NCBI GenBank assembly: GCA_035420965.1
Contig: DAOLWC010000002.1
Coordinates: forward strand, 970-64,969
DNA: 64,000 nucleotides
From: Candidatus Cloacimonadota bacterium
GTDB taxonomy: Bacteria; Cloacimonadota; Cloacimonadia; Cloacimonadales; Cloacimonadaceae
Direction: 5' to 3'
Numbering within the stretch: position 1 is the stretch's first letter; every line of letters starts with the position of its first letter. The notes beneath the pieces are model-generated. The model made no database searches and was not told the origin of the DNA. It was given only the letters and a program-made list of their open reading frames with translations. Positions 47,361-58,700 of this stretch are shown here, piece after piece. A program made the translations under genes and the position numbers.

Positions 47361-49372
47361 AGTATCTGGTGACCAGCGCCCTCCCCTACGCCAACGGCAA
47401 ACTCCATGTGGGACACGTGGCAGGCGCCTATCTGCCCGCCGACATCTTTGTGAGATGGCTGAGACTCCACCAGCAGGATGTGATCTACATTTGCGGAACA
47501 GACGAGCACGGCACCCCCATCTCGATTTCCGCGGATAAAGAGGGAGTCAGCCCGGCGGAGATCGTGAAACGCTATCACGACTCCATCAAAGGCGCGTTTG
47601 ACGCCTTGGGCATCGAGTTTGACAATTTCTCGGGCACAGCCCGGGAAAAGCACCACAAGCTGTCACAACAGTTCTTTTCTGCGCTCTACGGGAAGGGGCA
47701 CATCAAGCCCCGGGTGACCAGGCAGTTCTATTGCGAACACGACAGGCGCTTCCTGCCAGACCGCTATGTGGAAGGCAGTTGCCCCCGCTGCCAGGCCCCC
47801 GGAGCACGGGGCGACCAATGCGACGCCTGCGGGCAGATATATGAGACAACCACCCTGGTCAATCCCATCTGCAAGATCTGCGGCAACACGCCCATCATCA
47901 GGGAAACCACCCACTGGTATCTGCAACTGGATGACTTCCGCCAACAGCTAACCGGGTGGATTGCCGGTAAGGGCTATTGGAAGGAAAACGTCCGCAACTT
48001 TATGCTCAACCTCCTGGAGCAAGGGCTGGTCGAGCGCCCCATCACCCGCGACCTGAGCTGGGGTGTTCCGGTTCCCCTCCCCGAAACGGAAGGGAAGGTG
48101 CTCTATGTGTGGTTCGACGCCCCCATCGGCTACATTTCGTCAACCGTGGAGTGGGCGGAAAGGATTGGCCAGCCGGAACGCTGGAAGGACTATTGGCTGG
48201 ATCCGGAAACCAAACTGGTGCACTTCATCGGCAAAGACAACATCATCTTCCACGCCCTCATCTGGCCGGCAATGTTGATGGGGCAAAAGCAGGGCTATTG
48301 CCTCCCGCACGATATCCCCGCCAACGAATTTATGAACCTGGAAGGGCAAAAGATCTCCACCAGCCACAACTGGGCTATCTGGGTGGATGAGTTTACGGAA
48401 AAATTCCCCGCCGAATACCTGAGATACTATCTGGCTTGCAACGCTCCGGAACGGGGCGACAGCGACTTTTCCTTCAAGGATTTCCAGCAAAAGATCAACG
48501 GCGAGCTGAACAATGTGTTGGGAAATCTGGCTAACCGGGTTTTCGCCTTCGCGGAAAAGAATTTCGCCGGGAAAATCGAGCCTGTGGCGCTCTCCGGGCA
48601 GGGCAAAGAGGCGCTGGCTGAGGCCAACGAACTCTACCGGCAGATGGATGACGGCTACGGGGACTATCAGGTGAAAAAGAACAGCAAGCTGGGAATGGAC
48701 CTGGCGCGGCTGGGAAACCGCTGGTTCGACGACCGCAAACCCTGGGCGCAGATCAAGACGGACAGGGCGCACGTTCAGGAAACACTGTATGTCTGCGCCA
48801 CGCTGTTGCGCCTGGTCTCGGTGGCGCTCTACCCCATCATCCCCAAGAGCATGAACCGCCTGCGCGCCATGTTGGGGCTGGAAGCGGCTTCAGCCTGGGA
48901 AGAGCCCGACCTGGGGCACGCCTATGCCCTGAACGAGACCCATCCGCTCTTTGCCAAGATCGAGGACGCGGCTGTCGAAGCGGAATTGGAAGCCCTGCGC
49001 AACAGCGCCGGACAAGGCAAAGAAAAAATAATCTATGAACAGATAAAAGAGCAGGTCAGCTATGACGACTTTGCCCGCCTTGACCTGCGCGTGGCGACCA
49101 TACTTCAGGCGGAGCGGGTTCCCAAGACCGACAAGCTGTTGCACCTGAAGGTGGATATCGGCAGCGAACAACGGGAACTTGTGGCAGGCATAGCCGAACA
49201 CTACCAGCCGGAAGAGGTGGTGGGGAAACAGGTGTTGATGCTGGTAAACCTTGAACCCAGGAAGATACGGGGCATCGAATCCAGAGGCATGATCCTTGCC
49301 GTGCACAGCGAAGGCAAATTGCAACTGGTGATACCCCAGAATCCCTGTTCCCCAGGTTCCACGGCAAAATAG
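47357..49372 (+). CDS. metG: Methionyl-tRNA synthetase with C-terminal tRNA-binding domain
   Basis: ALPYANG.LHVGH, GTDEHG, zinc knuckles, YVWFDA, GKDN..FH, KISTS; OB tail. Confidence 0.97.
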   Translation: MKYLVTSALPYANGKLHVGHVAGAYLPADIFVRWLRLHQQDVIYICGTDEHGTPISISADKEGVSPAEIVKRYHDSIKGAFDALGIEFDNFSGTAREKHHKLSQQFFSALYGKGHIKPRVTRQFYCEHDRRFLPDRYVEGSCPRCQAPGARGDQCDACGQIYETTTLVNPICKICGNTPIIRETTHWYLQLDDFRQQLTGWIAGKGYWKENVRNFMLNLLEQGLVERPITRDLSWGVPVPLPETEGKVLYVWFDAPIGYISSTVEWAERIGQPERWKDYWLDPETKLVHFIGKDNIIFHALIWPAMLMGQKQGYCLPHDIPANEFMNLEGQKISTSHNWAIWVDEFTEKFPAEYLRYYLACNAPERGDSDFSFKDFQQKINGELNNVLGNLANRVFAFAEKNFAGKIEPVALSGQGKEALAEANELYRQMDDGYGDYQVKKNSKLGMDLARLGNRWFDDRKPWAQIKTDRAHVQETLYVCATLLRLVSVALYPIIPKSMNRLRAMLGLEAASAWEEPDLGHAYALNETHPLFAKIEDAAVEAELEALRNSAGQGKEKIIYEQIKEQVSYDDFARLDLRVATILQAERVPKTDKLLHLKVDIGSEQRELVAGIAEHYQPEEVVGKQVLMLVNLEPRKIRGIESRGMILAVHSEGKLQLVIPQNPCSPGSTAK

Positions 49373-49390
49373 CCATCCCCGTGCTTATCA

Positions 49391-50896
49391 ATGAGATGCC
49401 CGGTCATAGTTAAAGCGATACTTTTATTGACGTTCGCCGCTCTGGCACCACCGGCGACAGGGGCTGAGTACCGGGACGGCAAGCTCTGGCTGGATATTCT
49501 GCTCAATTCAGGAACGGAACTCACGGTGACCGCCTCTCCGGGCGAAGCTCCCGGCTTCCTGCTCTCTGAAACGGATTCCCCCATCCAAAAGCGGATATCG
49601 GAAAGCTTCAGCATCAGGCTTGCTAATCCCGAAAAGCTTGCCTACTGGGGGGTGTTGCGCTGCTCTGAACCCTGGGGGGAAGACTCCGGGGGCGTGATGC
49701 GCGAGCAATTCGCCTGGCGGGACAGCCAATTGGTGATCGACAGGCTCAACCTTGTTTATGACGAATTCGACTACCCGGACAGGGAAAGCGCCTGCCTGAG
49801 GGCAGCGGAGCTTGGCCTGGGGCGCAAGCAGGTGGAGAGCATCCCCATGCTCAATTCGACGGTCGTGGTGCGCACGGCCAGCGGGGAGAAACATTATTTT
49901 GAAACACCCCTGAGCCTGTATAGCTTGGGATCGCTGAGGATAGATGGTTCCAAGATGGATTTTTGGGGGGAGTTCCGCGTCAAAACAAGCAATGGCCAGG
50001 TTCTGATCTCCCAGGTGATCGACTTGGAAGAGTACCTGGCGGGGGTCATCCAGAACGAGATCGGCCCCAACGCCCCCGCGGAGGCCTTGAAAGCGCAGGC
50101 GGTGGCGGCCCGTACCCACGCTGTCAACCTGCTCCTTTCCAACAAGCACAAAAGCGAGGGATACGACCTTTGCAGCGGCACGCATTGCCAGGTCTATAAA
50201 GGGAAACACCTGCAAAACCAGGCTATACTTGACGCCGTGCGCCAAACCGCGGGAGAGGTGGTGTTATATCTGGACGGCGTGGCTGAAACCACTTACCACA
50301 GCGCCTGCGGAGGCAAGACCGAATCTTCCGCCAATGTCTGGAAAGGCTCTCCCCGGGATTATCTGAACGGAGTGAAGTGCCTGCCAGCCTCAGCCGGTTT
50401 TGACCTGAGCAGCGAGAGGGGCATCCGCGCCTGGATCGGGACGCCTGTTTCTTTTCCGGACATGAGCAGTTGGGAAAAAGCCTCGCTATCATGGTCAAAA
50501 AGCATCAGCAAGGCGGCTTTGGCCAGAAATCTGGGACTGTCCTACATAAACCGCATTGTGATCAACAAACGCGGCGTTTCCGGGAGGATTCTGGACATCA
50601 GTTTTTATGGTTCAGGCAGCGTCAACCTGAACAGCGAATACCGGATACGCCAGGCCTTTGGGGGCGTCAGTTCCTCCGCGTTCTACATCGTGGGCGGATT
50701 CGGCGAAGCCAACGGCAGAGTGACAATCTCCCCCGGCGCAACCCTGAGCTTGAAAGGAAGAGGCTCCGGCCACGGCGTCGGCATGTGCCAGGTGGGAGCC
50801 CTGAGAATGGCGCGCCAGGGAAGCTCATACCGAGAGATTCTGGAGCGCTACTATCCCGGCGTCACAATATCGAAACTATGGATCAAAGATGAATAA
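49391..50896 (+). CDS. SpoIID/LytB domain protein
   Basis: LEEYL.GV...E, EALKAQAVAART, CQVY.G, YHS.CGG.T, G.GHGVGMCQ.GA...A..G..Y.EIL..YYPG. Confidence 0.9.
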   Translation: MRCPVIVKAILLLTFAALAPPATGAEYRDGKLWLDILLNSGTELTVTASPGEAPGFLLSETDSPIQKRISESFSIRLANPEKLAYWGVLRCSEPWGEDSGGVMREQFAWRDSQLVIDRLNLVYDEFDYPDRESACLRAAELGLGRKQVESIPMLNSTVVVRTASGEKHYFETPLSLYSLGSLRIDGSKMDFWGEFRVKTSNGQVLISQVIDLEEYLAGVIQNEIGPNAPAEALKAQAVAARTHAVNLLLSNKHKSEGYDLCSGTHCQVYKGKHLQNQAILDAVRQTAGEVVLYLDGVAETTYHSACGGKTESSANVWKGSPRDYLNGVKCLPASAGFDLSSERGIRAWIGTPVSFPDMSSWEKASLSWSKSISKAALARNLGLSYINRIVINKRGVSGRILDISFYGSGSVNLNSEYRIRQAFGGVSSSAFYIVGGFGEANGRVTISPGATLSLKGRGSGHGVGMCQVGALRMARQGSSYREILERYYPGVTISKLWIKDE

Positions 50897-51773
50897 ACAA
50901 GACATGCTCTACCGCGGAATGGCTATGGACGGGCAGTTCAGGGTCTTCGCCGCGCAATCCACCCAAACGGTTCAAACAGCCAGAGACCTGCACGGCCTCT
51001 CCCCCATCAACACCTTTTTGCTTGGCAAGATGCTCACCGCGGCCGCCATGCTCAGCCTGGATCTGAAAGGGCCGGGCTCCGAGGTCAGCCTGCGCCTGGA
51101 CGGCGACGGCGAACTGCGTGGCGCTCTGGTGATGTGCAATGACCTGGGCGACCTGCGGGGTTACGCCTTCGCTCCGTCTGTGTTTTTTGAAGAGGCGGCG
51201 GAGAACTTTTTGTCCGTCAAACACCTTGGTTCCGGCTCCATGACCGTCATCCGCAGCGTGGCGGGAAAGCAGCCTACGATGGGCCACACAGCTCTGGTGG
51301 AGGGAGAAGTGGCGCAAAACCTGGCTCACTATTTTGAACAGTCCGAACAGATACCCACCGCGGTCAACCTGGGAGTGTTGATCGACAAGGAAGCCCGCGT
51401 GAGAGCCGCCGGGGGGCTGCTTATCCAACAGCTTCCCCAGGCCGATCCAGCCAGGGCGGAATTGTTGATTTCCCGCCTTGCCTCCACGCCCAACATCTCT
51501 GACCTGATGGATATGGGGCTGGGCATCCCCCAGTTCCTCAAACGCTTCCTCTTCACGGAAAATGACTTTAGCCTGGAAGAAGCGCATCCCATCCAGTATA
51601 AATGCAATTGTTCCCGGGAGAGGTTTGAGCGCGGGTTGAGGTTGCTTGGGAAAGAGGAGCTTTCGCAAATGTTGGATGGCGTGAAACCCCAATGCCATTT
51701 CTGTAACGCCAGCTACCACTTCACGGGCAAAGACATAGCAGGCTTGATTGCCTCACTGGAGCGGAAAGAATGA
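50889..51773 (+). CDS. hslO: Hsp33 redox-regulated chaperone
   Basis: H.LSP, YF.QSEQ.P, AGG...Q.LP, CNC...C.FC...Y.F. Confidence 0.93.
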   Translation: MNKQDMLYRGMAMDGQFRVFAAQSTQTVQTARDLHGLSPINTFLLGKMLTAAAMLSLDLKGPGSEVSLRLDGDGELRGALVMCNDLGDLRGYAFAPSVFFEEAAENFLSVKHLGSGSMTVIRSVAGKQPTMGHTALVEGEVAQNLAHYFEQSEQIPTAVNLGVLIDKEARVRAAGGLLIQQLPQADPARAELLISRLASTPNISDLMDMGLGIPQFLKRFLFTENDFSLEEAHPIQYKCNCSRERFERGLRLLGKEELSQMLDGVKPQCHFCNASYHFTGKDIAGLIASLERKE

Positions 51774-54442
51774 AACAGCTTTTACTGATACTGGTTTTGC
51801 TCACCACAAGCCTCTGCGCCGTCTCGCTGGATGACCTGCGCTTTTTGCTTGATAAGGAGCAATTTGCAATCCTCGCCAGGCATGACGCTACCATCGAAAG
51901 AATGTTGAGGGGAGATAAGCGGGAACTGCTTTTTGTCCTGGAATACGCCCAGCGGACATCGAATGACGCTTTGGCCCTGCGCAGCCATCAGGAACTGGCG
52001 TTGCGGGAACACTCGCTCCCAGACGCGGTGCGATGCCTGGAGCTGGCCAGAAGCATGGAACTCGATGAGAAAGGGTTTAACTCGCTTCGCGAGCGATTGA
52101 GCGGAGAATTCACCGCGCCGGACGAGAGCATCGTGCTCGGGCATATCGTTGACCAGACAGGGGAAGCCGATTTCCTGGAAAAGATAAGGCAGTTGCGAGG
52201 CTACAACGATTATATCGAGGATTTTGCCAAAGGCTGGATAGATGAGATCGCCGTGCAAAGGGTGGACAGTCTGGCCTGGAAACAGATTGAAGAGTTCGAC
52301 CGCTGTTTCCCTGTCTCAAAATGGTCGCACATCTCTTTCTATTACAAGCTTTACCACCTCTCCCAGGCAGGCAAATACGGCGCGCTGCTCGAACTGATAG
52401 TAAGCAAAGGCAGCCAATCCAGCCAGCATCTCTATGTCTCCTCCCTCTACCTGCTCAATCCGGCGCTCAGGCGCAGCTTTGGATTGGAGCAAAACATAAA
52501 GCTCATCGAACAGGCTGAAGCCATGCTCCTCTCAGCCCGCGACGACTATTCCTCCCCTTTGGGATTGAACGCCCTCTACGACCACTATACGGCGGAGGAG
52601 TGGAACAGCAAGCTGAACCTGATGCGGGCGAAAGCCGCTTACTACCATCTCTTGGGAAAGCTGGGCTTGTATGGCGACGAAGAGACGCTTATCGCGCAGC
52701 GTGGTTTGCCCAAAAAAGACTACGAGTCGCTGAAACTGGCTTTGGAACAGATACATTTCCCCCACAACGAGCGTGGCGAGCAGGCGGAGCTGATGTTCTG
52801 GAAAGCAAAGGCGGGAGCGCTTTCCGCCCGCAAAAAGCATCTCAGGCAGGCTGCCATGGATTATACCCGCTGCTTGATTCTGGGAGCACCCCGCAAAAAG
52901 TATGACGAGTCCGCCCTGGCGGGAGCGGATGCCCTGCGCGGCAAGCTGAAAGTGAGGAAGCCGCTCGTCAAGTGGTTACGCGGACTGGTCAATTACAAGG
53001 GGATAGTGTTTAAAGAGGCGCAGTTTGAGGGAAACTACACCCGGGTAGCGCTGGGGGATTACGACAACGATGGATACATCGACATGCTCCTGAACGGGAA
53101 CAGGCTATTCAAAAACATGGATGGCAGGGCATTCACCGATGTCAGCGACTCCCTGAACACAGCCAGGCTGCGCAGCAACGGCGGGCTATGGGCAGACTTC
53201 AACCAGGATGGATACCTGGATTTTGCAACCATCTCCCACGATGAAGAAGGCTTGGGCGAAGCGCTGATGAAGAACCAGCGCAACACAAGATTCATCAACG
53301 TGAACGAGAGGGCGGGCGATATTGACGACCATGTGCCCACCGAAGGAGCGGCCTGGGTGGATGTGGATGGCAGGGGCTATCCCTCCCTTTACACGGCAAA
53401 TTATGAGAAATGGCAGCAACGCCGGGGCTATCCGGACAACTTCTGGCTCAATGACAAGGGTTACTTTTCTGAAGGGAGCGAGCGCCTGGGCTTCCGCCAG
53501 CCATCCTATACAGACAATCCCGGCCTGGCGGGGCGTGGCGTGGCTCCGGCAGATTTTGACAATGACGGCCATCAGGAGATTTTGGTAACCAACTACCGCC
53601 TGATGAGGAACCTGTGTTGGAAACAGGTGGACAGCCTCTTCGTTGACGTGGCCGCCCTCCACGGTCTCGCCGGCAACTACACTGACGGCTACTATGGCCA
53701 TAGCATCGGAGCAGATTGGGGCGACTATGACAATGACGGCGACCTCGACCTCTTTATTGCCAACCTCGCCCATCCCCGCTACATCAATTTCTCCGACATC
53801 AGTATGCTCCTCCGCAACGACGGCCCCGCCATCCATGTGGTTGAAGGCGACACCATCCGCTATTGGATATTTACGGATGTGACCAAGCAAACTGGCATCA
53901 CTTACGATGAGCTGCATTCTGACCCGCTGTGGGTGGATCTGGACAATGACAGCGACCTTGACCTCTTCATCACCTCGGTCTATGAAAACGACCGTTCCTA
54001 TCTATACGAAAACAACGGCGACGGCAGTTTCACTGACATCACCTGGCTTGCCGGAGCAAGAATCTACAATGGCTGGGGCAACGCGATGGGCGACCTGAAC
54101 CGCGACGGACTGGCAGACATTGTGGTTGGGAGCGGAAACGGAACCAAGGTCCTCATCAACGCCACCCGCACCAAAAACAAAGCCCTGTGGGTCAAACCCG
54201 TCTGGGAAAACGGCAAACGGATACTGATCCGGGACTGGAAAGAGTCCGTCGCCAAGCCAAACTCTCCTGCCTTCGGAACCCGGGTCAAACTGACATACAT
54301 GGACAAAGGCCGCGAAAAAAGCCTGGTCCGGGAGCTGTCCTCCGCCAAGGGCGCATGCTCCCAGAACTCTCAGGAACTCCATTTTGGCTATGGCAGGGGT
54401 AAGAAACCGGAAATCGAACTGGTCAGTTATGAGGAAAATTAG
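51770..54442 (+). CDS. FG-GAP repeat / ASPIC-UnbV (CRTAC1-like) protein with helical N-terminal half
   Basis: Multiple GDYDNDG.LD-type repeats; SQNS.ELHFG. Confidence 0.8.
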   Translation: MKQLLLILVLLTTSLCAVSLDDLRFLLDKEQFAILARHDATIERMLRGDKRELLFVLEYAQRTSNDALALRSHQELALREHSLPDAVRCLELARSMELDEKGFNSLRERLSGEFTAPDESIVLGHIVDQTGEADFLEKIRQLRGYNDYIEDFAKGWIDEIAVQRVDSLAWKQIEEFDRCFPVSKWSHISFYYKLYHLSQAGKYGALLELIVSKGSQSSQHLYVSSLYLLNPALRRSFGLEQNIKLIEQAEAMLLSARDDYSSPLGLNALYDHYTAEEWNSKLNLMRAKAAYYHLLGKLGLYGDEETLIAQRGLPKKDYESLKLALEQIHFPHNERGEQAELMFWKAKAGALSARKKHLRQAAMDYTRCLILGAPRKKYDESALAGADALRGKLKVRKPLVKWLRGLVNYKGIVFKEAQFEGNYTRVALGDYDNDGYIDMLLNGNRLFKNMDGRAFTDVSDSLNTARLRSNGGLWADFNQDGYLDFATISHDEEGLGEALMKNQRNTRFINVNERAGDIDDHVPTEGAAWVDVDGRGYPSLYTANYEKWQQRRGYPDNFWLNDKGYFSEGSERLGFRQPSYTDNPGLAGRGVAPADFDNDGHQEILVTNYRLMRNLCWKQVDSLFVDVAALHGLAGNYTDGYYGHSIGADWGDYDNDGDLDLFIANLAHPRYINFSDISMLLRNDGPAIHVVEGDTIRYWIFTDVTKQTGITYDELHSDPLWVDLDNDSDLDLFITSVYENDRSYLYENNGDGSFTDITWLAGARIYNGWGNAMGDLNRDGLADIVVGSGNGTKVLINATRTKNKALWVKPVWENGKRILIRDWKESVAKPNSPAFGTRVKLTYMDKGREKSLVRELSSAKGACSQNSQELHFGYGRGKKPEIELVSYEEN

Positions 54443-55655
54443 AACAACCCTCGTCAATCCCCTTAACAGGGACAGGCTGGAGATCCTGGGCGACCATGTC
54501 ATATCCTTTCAAGCTGGCGTGATAAGCGGAAAACGCCCCTATGACCCGGTTCTGGACTCCGACTGCGAAGACCGCCGCGACTGCGTTCTCCTGCCTGGCT
54601 TGATAGATGTCCACACCCATCTTTCCCAATACCGGATTCGCGGCCTCTTTGAACCTGCCCTGCTGCCCTGGCTGGACAAGCACGTTTACCCCGCCGAAGC
54701 CCGTTCCTCAGACCCCGTTTACGCGCGGGGCATCGCGGAAGAGTTCTTTGCAGCGCTTTTTGCCGCAGGAACCACAACCTCCGTGATTTTCACCGCCCCC
54801 TTTGAGGTTTCCTGCCAAAAGGCGTTTGAAGCGGCGTCCAAAATGGGAGCCCGCGCCTTCATCGGGATGAGCATGATGGATCAAAACTGCCCCGTGCAAT
54901 TGCGACAGGATACGGACACCGCCATCGCCCTCAGCAAGGACTTGTTCCATCGTTTCGACACAGCAAGCCCCCTCTTGCGCTATATCCTCACACCCCGTTT
55001 TGCGGTATCCTGTTCTTCCCGCTTGCTGAACTGGGTTGGCAGTTTTGCCGCCGATAACGCTGCCTGGATACAGACCCATCTCTCTGAAAACGAGGAAGAG
55101 GTCCGCTTTGTGCGCGACGCCTTCAAAACCGGAACCTACACCCAGGTGTATCAGGAACGCGGCATGCTCACCCCACGCAGCATCTTTGCCCACGCCATCC
55201 ATCTGGGCAGGGCGGAAATGGGCATACTCGCCTCTCACGAATGCAAGCTGGCATACTGCCCTGATTCCAATTTCTTCCTCAAGAGCGGCGAATTCCCCTA
55301 TCAGGATATCTCCTCGCAGGGTATCGGCATCGGCATTGGCAGCGATATCGCGGCCGGGACTACGCCCAACATGCTCTATCACGCCAAGATGGCCAACTTC
55401 CGGCAAAGCGCCTACCCGTTGTTGCCTGCCCACCTGATTTGGCACCTCACCCTGGGCAACGCCGCCCTGCTGGGTTTGGAAGACAGGATAGGATCGCTGG
55501 AAACCGGCAAAGAAGCTGACTTCATACTCTTAAAACTGCCCAAACCGCTGGACGGAGAAAACGACCTTGCCCCGGAACTTTGCTTTTGCGGCCACGAATA
55601 CAAGCTCAGGGAGACCGTTATCGCGGGCAGAACTGTGTTCTTGTCTGAGGGCTGA
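54429..55655 (+). CDS. guaD: Guanine deaminase-like amidohydrolase
   Basis: PG.ID.H.H.SQ, LL.WL...YP.E, GTTT, TPRFA.SC, QTHLSE, AH.IH, CP.SN..L.SG, GSD..AG. Confidence 0.85.
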   Translation: MRKIRTTLVNPLNRDRLEILGDHVISFQAGVISGKRPYDPVLDSDCEDRRDCVLLPGLIDVHTHLSQYRIRGLFEPALLPWLDKHVYPAEARSSDPVYARGIAEEFFAALFAAGTTTSVIFTAPFEVSCQKAFEAASKMGARAFIGMSMMDQNCPVQLRQDTDTAIALSKDLFHRFDTASPLLRYILTPRFAVSCSSRLLNWVGSFAADNAAWIQTHLSENEEEVRFVRDAFKTGTYTQVYQERGMLTPRSIFAHAIHLGRAEMGILASHECKLAYCPDSNFFLKSGEFPYQDISSQGIGIGIGSDIAAGTTPNMLYHAKMANFRQSAYPLLPAHLIWHLTLGNAALLGLEDRIGSLETGKEADFILLKLPKPLDGENDLAPELCFCGHEYKLRETVIAGRTVFLSEG

Positions 55656-55760
55656 CCTTAAAACAGCTCTTTTGGAAGGTTTATTGCATGAACATAGTTG
55701 GATTTATGTGTGATATACACTTACACGCTTGATTATTTATATAAAATTAAGGAGTGACCT

Positions 55761-58700
55761 GTGAAAAACATCGTCATCTTATTGATCATATTGGGTGCTT
55801 GCTTCTCCCTGCCCGCCGCGGTTTTGTGGGATGAAGCAGTGGCAATCCGCCAGGGAACCAACATCGAATGGTTCCGCACCGGTATCGAAACCAGCGACGG
55901 CGGAGCCATTTATGTGTGGTCCGACACCAAGCTGGGAGAACGCGACCTGTGGGCCCAGAAAGTGGATGCCAGCGGCAACACGGTTTGGGGAGAACCCCTT
56001 CTGATTGACGGGAAGCCAGACCGGCAGGAAGACCCCGTCATCACCCGCACAAGCGACAACAACTATATCATTGCCTGGATAGATTTTTCGGATGATCCTG
56101 ACGGTAATGTCTATGCCCAGAAAGTGAACAATCAAGGCTCCCTGCTTTGGCAGATGGGAGGCAAGCCTGTCTGCGTTATCAGTGGAACCCAGATCGCGCT
56201 CAATATCGAACCTGACAACTCCGGCGGCGCCTTCATTGTCTGGTCGGACTCCCGCAATCCCAGCAAAGACCTTTACGGACAGCGTCTGGATGCCAACGGC
56301 AACCCGGTCTGGACGGCAAATGGCATCCCCATCGCCAACGGTGACGGAGACGAAGAGCAGAACACCATGCTCCCGGACGGGGAGGGCGGCCTGATGATAG
56401 CCTACACCCATTCCTATGTGGGAGCGGAGGATGTCTATGCAAAACGCTTCGATGCCAATGGCAACATGGTCTGGCCTCAAACCCTGGTACTCACCAACGC
56501 TCCCGGCAATCAAGGCAAGGTGCGCATGGCTCCCATCGCTCCCGGAGAGTTTGTTTTCACATGGGAAGATCAGCGCAACACCGATCCCGATATCTACGCC
56601 CAAAAAGTTAATATCTCGGGCCAAACCCTGTGGCCAGATCCCTTCATCGTCTTTGGCGATTCCGGCACCCCATCCTTCTGTCCCCAGCGCAGCCCCCGCA
56701 TTGTTGGCACCAGCGACAACGCCGTGGTGGTGGTGTGGGAAGACTTCCGCCTGGATGACCAGAATCCTGACCTCTTCGCGCAGAAGATAAACTCAGCCGG
56801 CAACCTGCTTTGGGGAGCTGGTGGGGTGGCTTTTGGGGTTGGAGAGTTCGCCCAATCCGGAGCGCGCCTCGACGCGGACAGCAATGGCGGCTGTTACATT
56901 GTTTGGGACGATTTTCGCAATGGGAACTCGCCCAATGACGACATTTACGCCCAACACCTGGATGCAAACGGAAACGCTCTCTGGGAAGCCAACGGAAGAC
57001 CAGTATGCACTGCCGTAAACCAGCAAAACAGCGGCCTGGTAAAAGTGTCTGGCGACAATGTTTTTATCAACTGGATGGACATCCGCGACGGCAGCGTGGG
57101 TATCTACTATCAGGTTTACAACGCCGCCGGAACGGCGCTTTTGGAAAACAACGGCAAACTGGTATTCTGGGGCCTCAGCGGCGACACTCCTCTGGGAAAC
57201 TATCAGATTTTCCCCAGGGCCAATGATCTGGTGGTCATTTGGCAGGATACCCGTTTTGCCAACCTGGGCTATCAGATCTATTTCCAGTTCCTGGATTTCA
57301 ACGGCAACACCCTGCTGGAAGAGAACGGCAAGCCTGTTACACTCCAGACTGGCGCGGACCAGGTCACGCCCAATGCCATTGTAACGCCGGATGGCAGAAT
57401 AGCTGTCGTCTGGGAAGATAAACGCGGCCACAACCCCCAGATCTACGCCCAGTTGCTTGATGCCAGCGGAAACCGCCTCTGGGGCGACACCGGCCTCGAG
57501 ATCACGTCAAGCACTCCGGTGCGCCAGAAAGACCCCCGCATTACCTATGACGAAGATTTGGATGCCTTCTATATCGGTTGGTCAAATTACGATCATGTGG
57601 GCGGCACCAGTTTCATCTATCACGTGTATGGCCAGATGATCCAAAATGGCCAGAAAATGTGGGGCGACGACGGAGTTAAGATTTCCTCGATCGCCGCGGA
57701 GGAACAAAACAACGAATGTATCCTGAACGATATGAAGGGGCCATACTACATTTGGGAGCGCTACGACACCTCGACGTACACCCAAAGCGTTTACATCAAG
57801 AAAGTGAACACGGCAGGACAGGCTGATACAGGCTGGCCCACGGAAGGCATGCCGGTATCCACCTACAATTCCTGGGACAACGAGCAGCGCACGGCAATCT
57901 CCGCTCTCACGGATGAAGGAATCTTTGTAATGTGGCGTGACAAGCGCACCGACTTTGTTTCCAATTATTATGGGCAACTCATCTCACCCAGCGGCCAGCG
58001 TCGATGGGACCCCCTCGGAATCAATCTCGCCGATTACTCGCGGGAACAGGAACAGGCAGTGATCGCGAACACGGATGATTGGGGTAACGGAATCATATTC
58101 GCCTGTTGCGAAAACATCGACGGTTACCTCGATATCATCACCAGCCGCTATTCGCTTTCCGGTTCGCCGATGTGGGGAGACCTGGGCCACTTCGTGGTTC
58201 AGAAAGACAGCACCCAGGCCAACCCCAGCATTGGCCGCTTCAGCTCCGGCGGAATGGCTATCGCCTGGACAGAGTATCTGAGCATCGAAGCCGACATCTA
58301 TTACAAATACATCAATGCCGACGGAAGCTTTGTGGGCGAGGCCGGCGGCAATATCCTCTGCGACGCGGGTAAATCCCAGTATGAGCCGCTTGTGGTTACC
58401 AAAGGCAATAATGCCTACGTTATCTGGGCGGATGGGCGTTCCAGCGGAAAAACCGAGATTCTGGGTATCTTTGCCCAAAAGCTGAGCTGTGAGACTGTCT
58501 CGAACTCCGATCCCACGGCTCCCACCCTGAACTCCTTTGACCTCCTGCAAAACCACCCCAATCCGTTCAACCCCAGCACCACTATCCGGCTATCCATCAA
58601 GGACAACGCGCGCCCCTTCTCACTGAGCATCTACAACATCAAGGGACAGCTTGTCCACACCCTGCACGATGGTGTTTTGGAAAAAGGCATGCACACCTTT

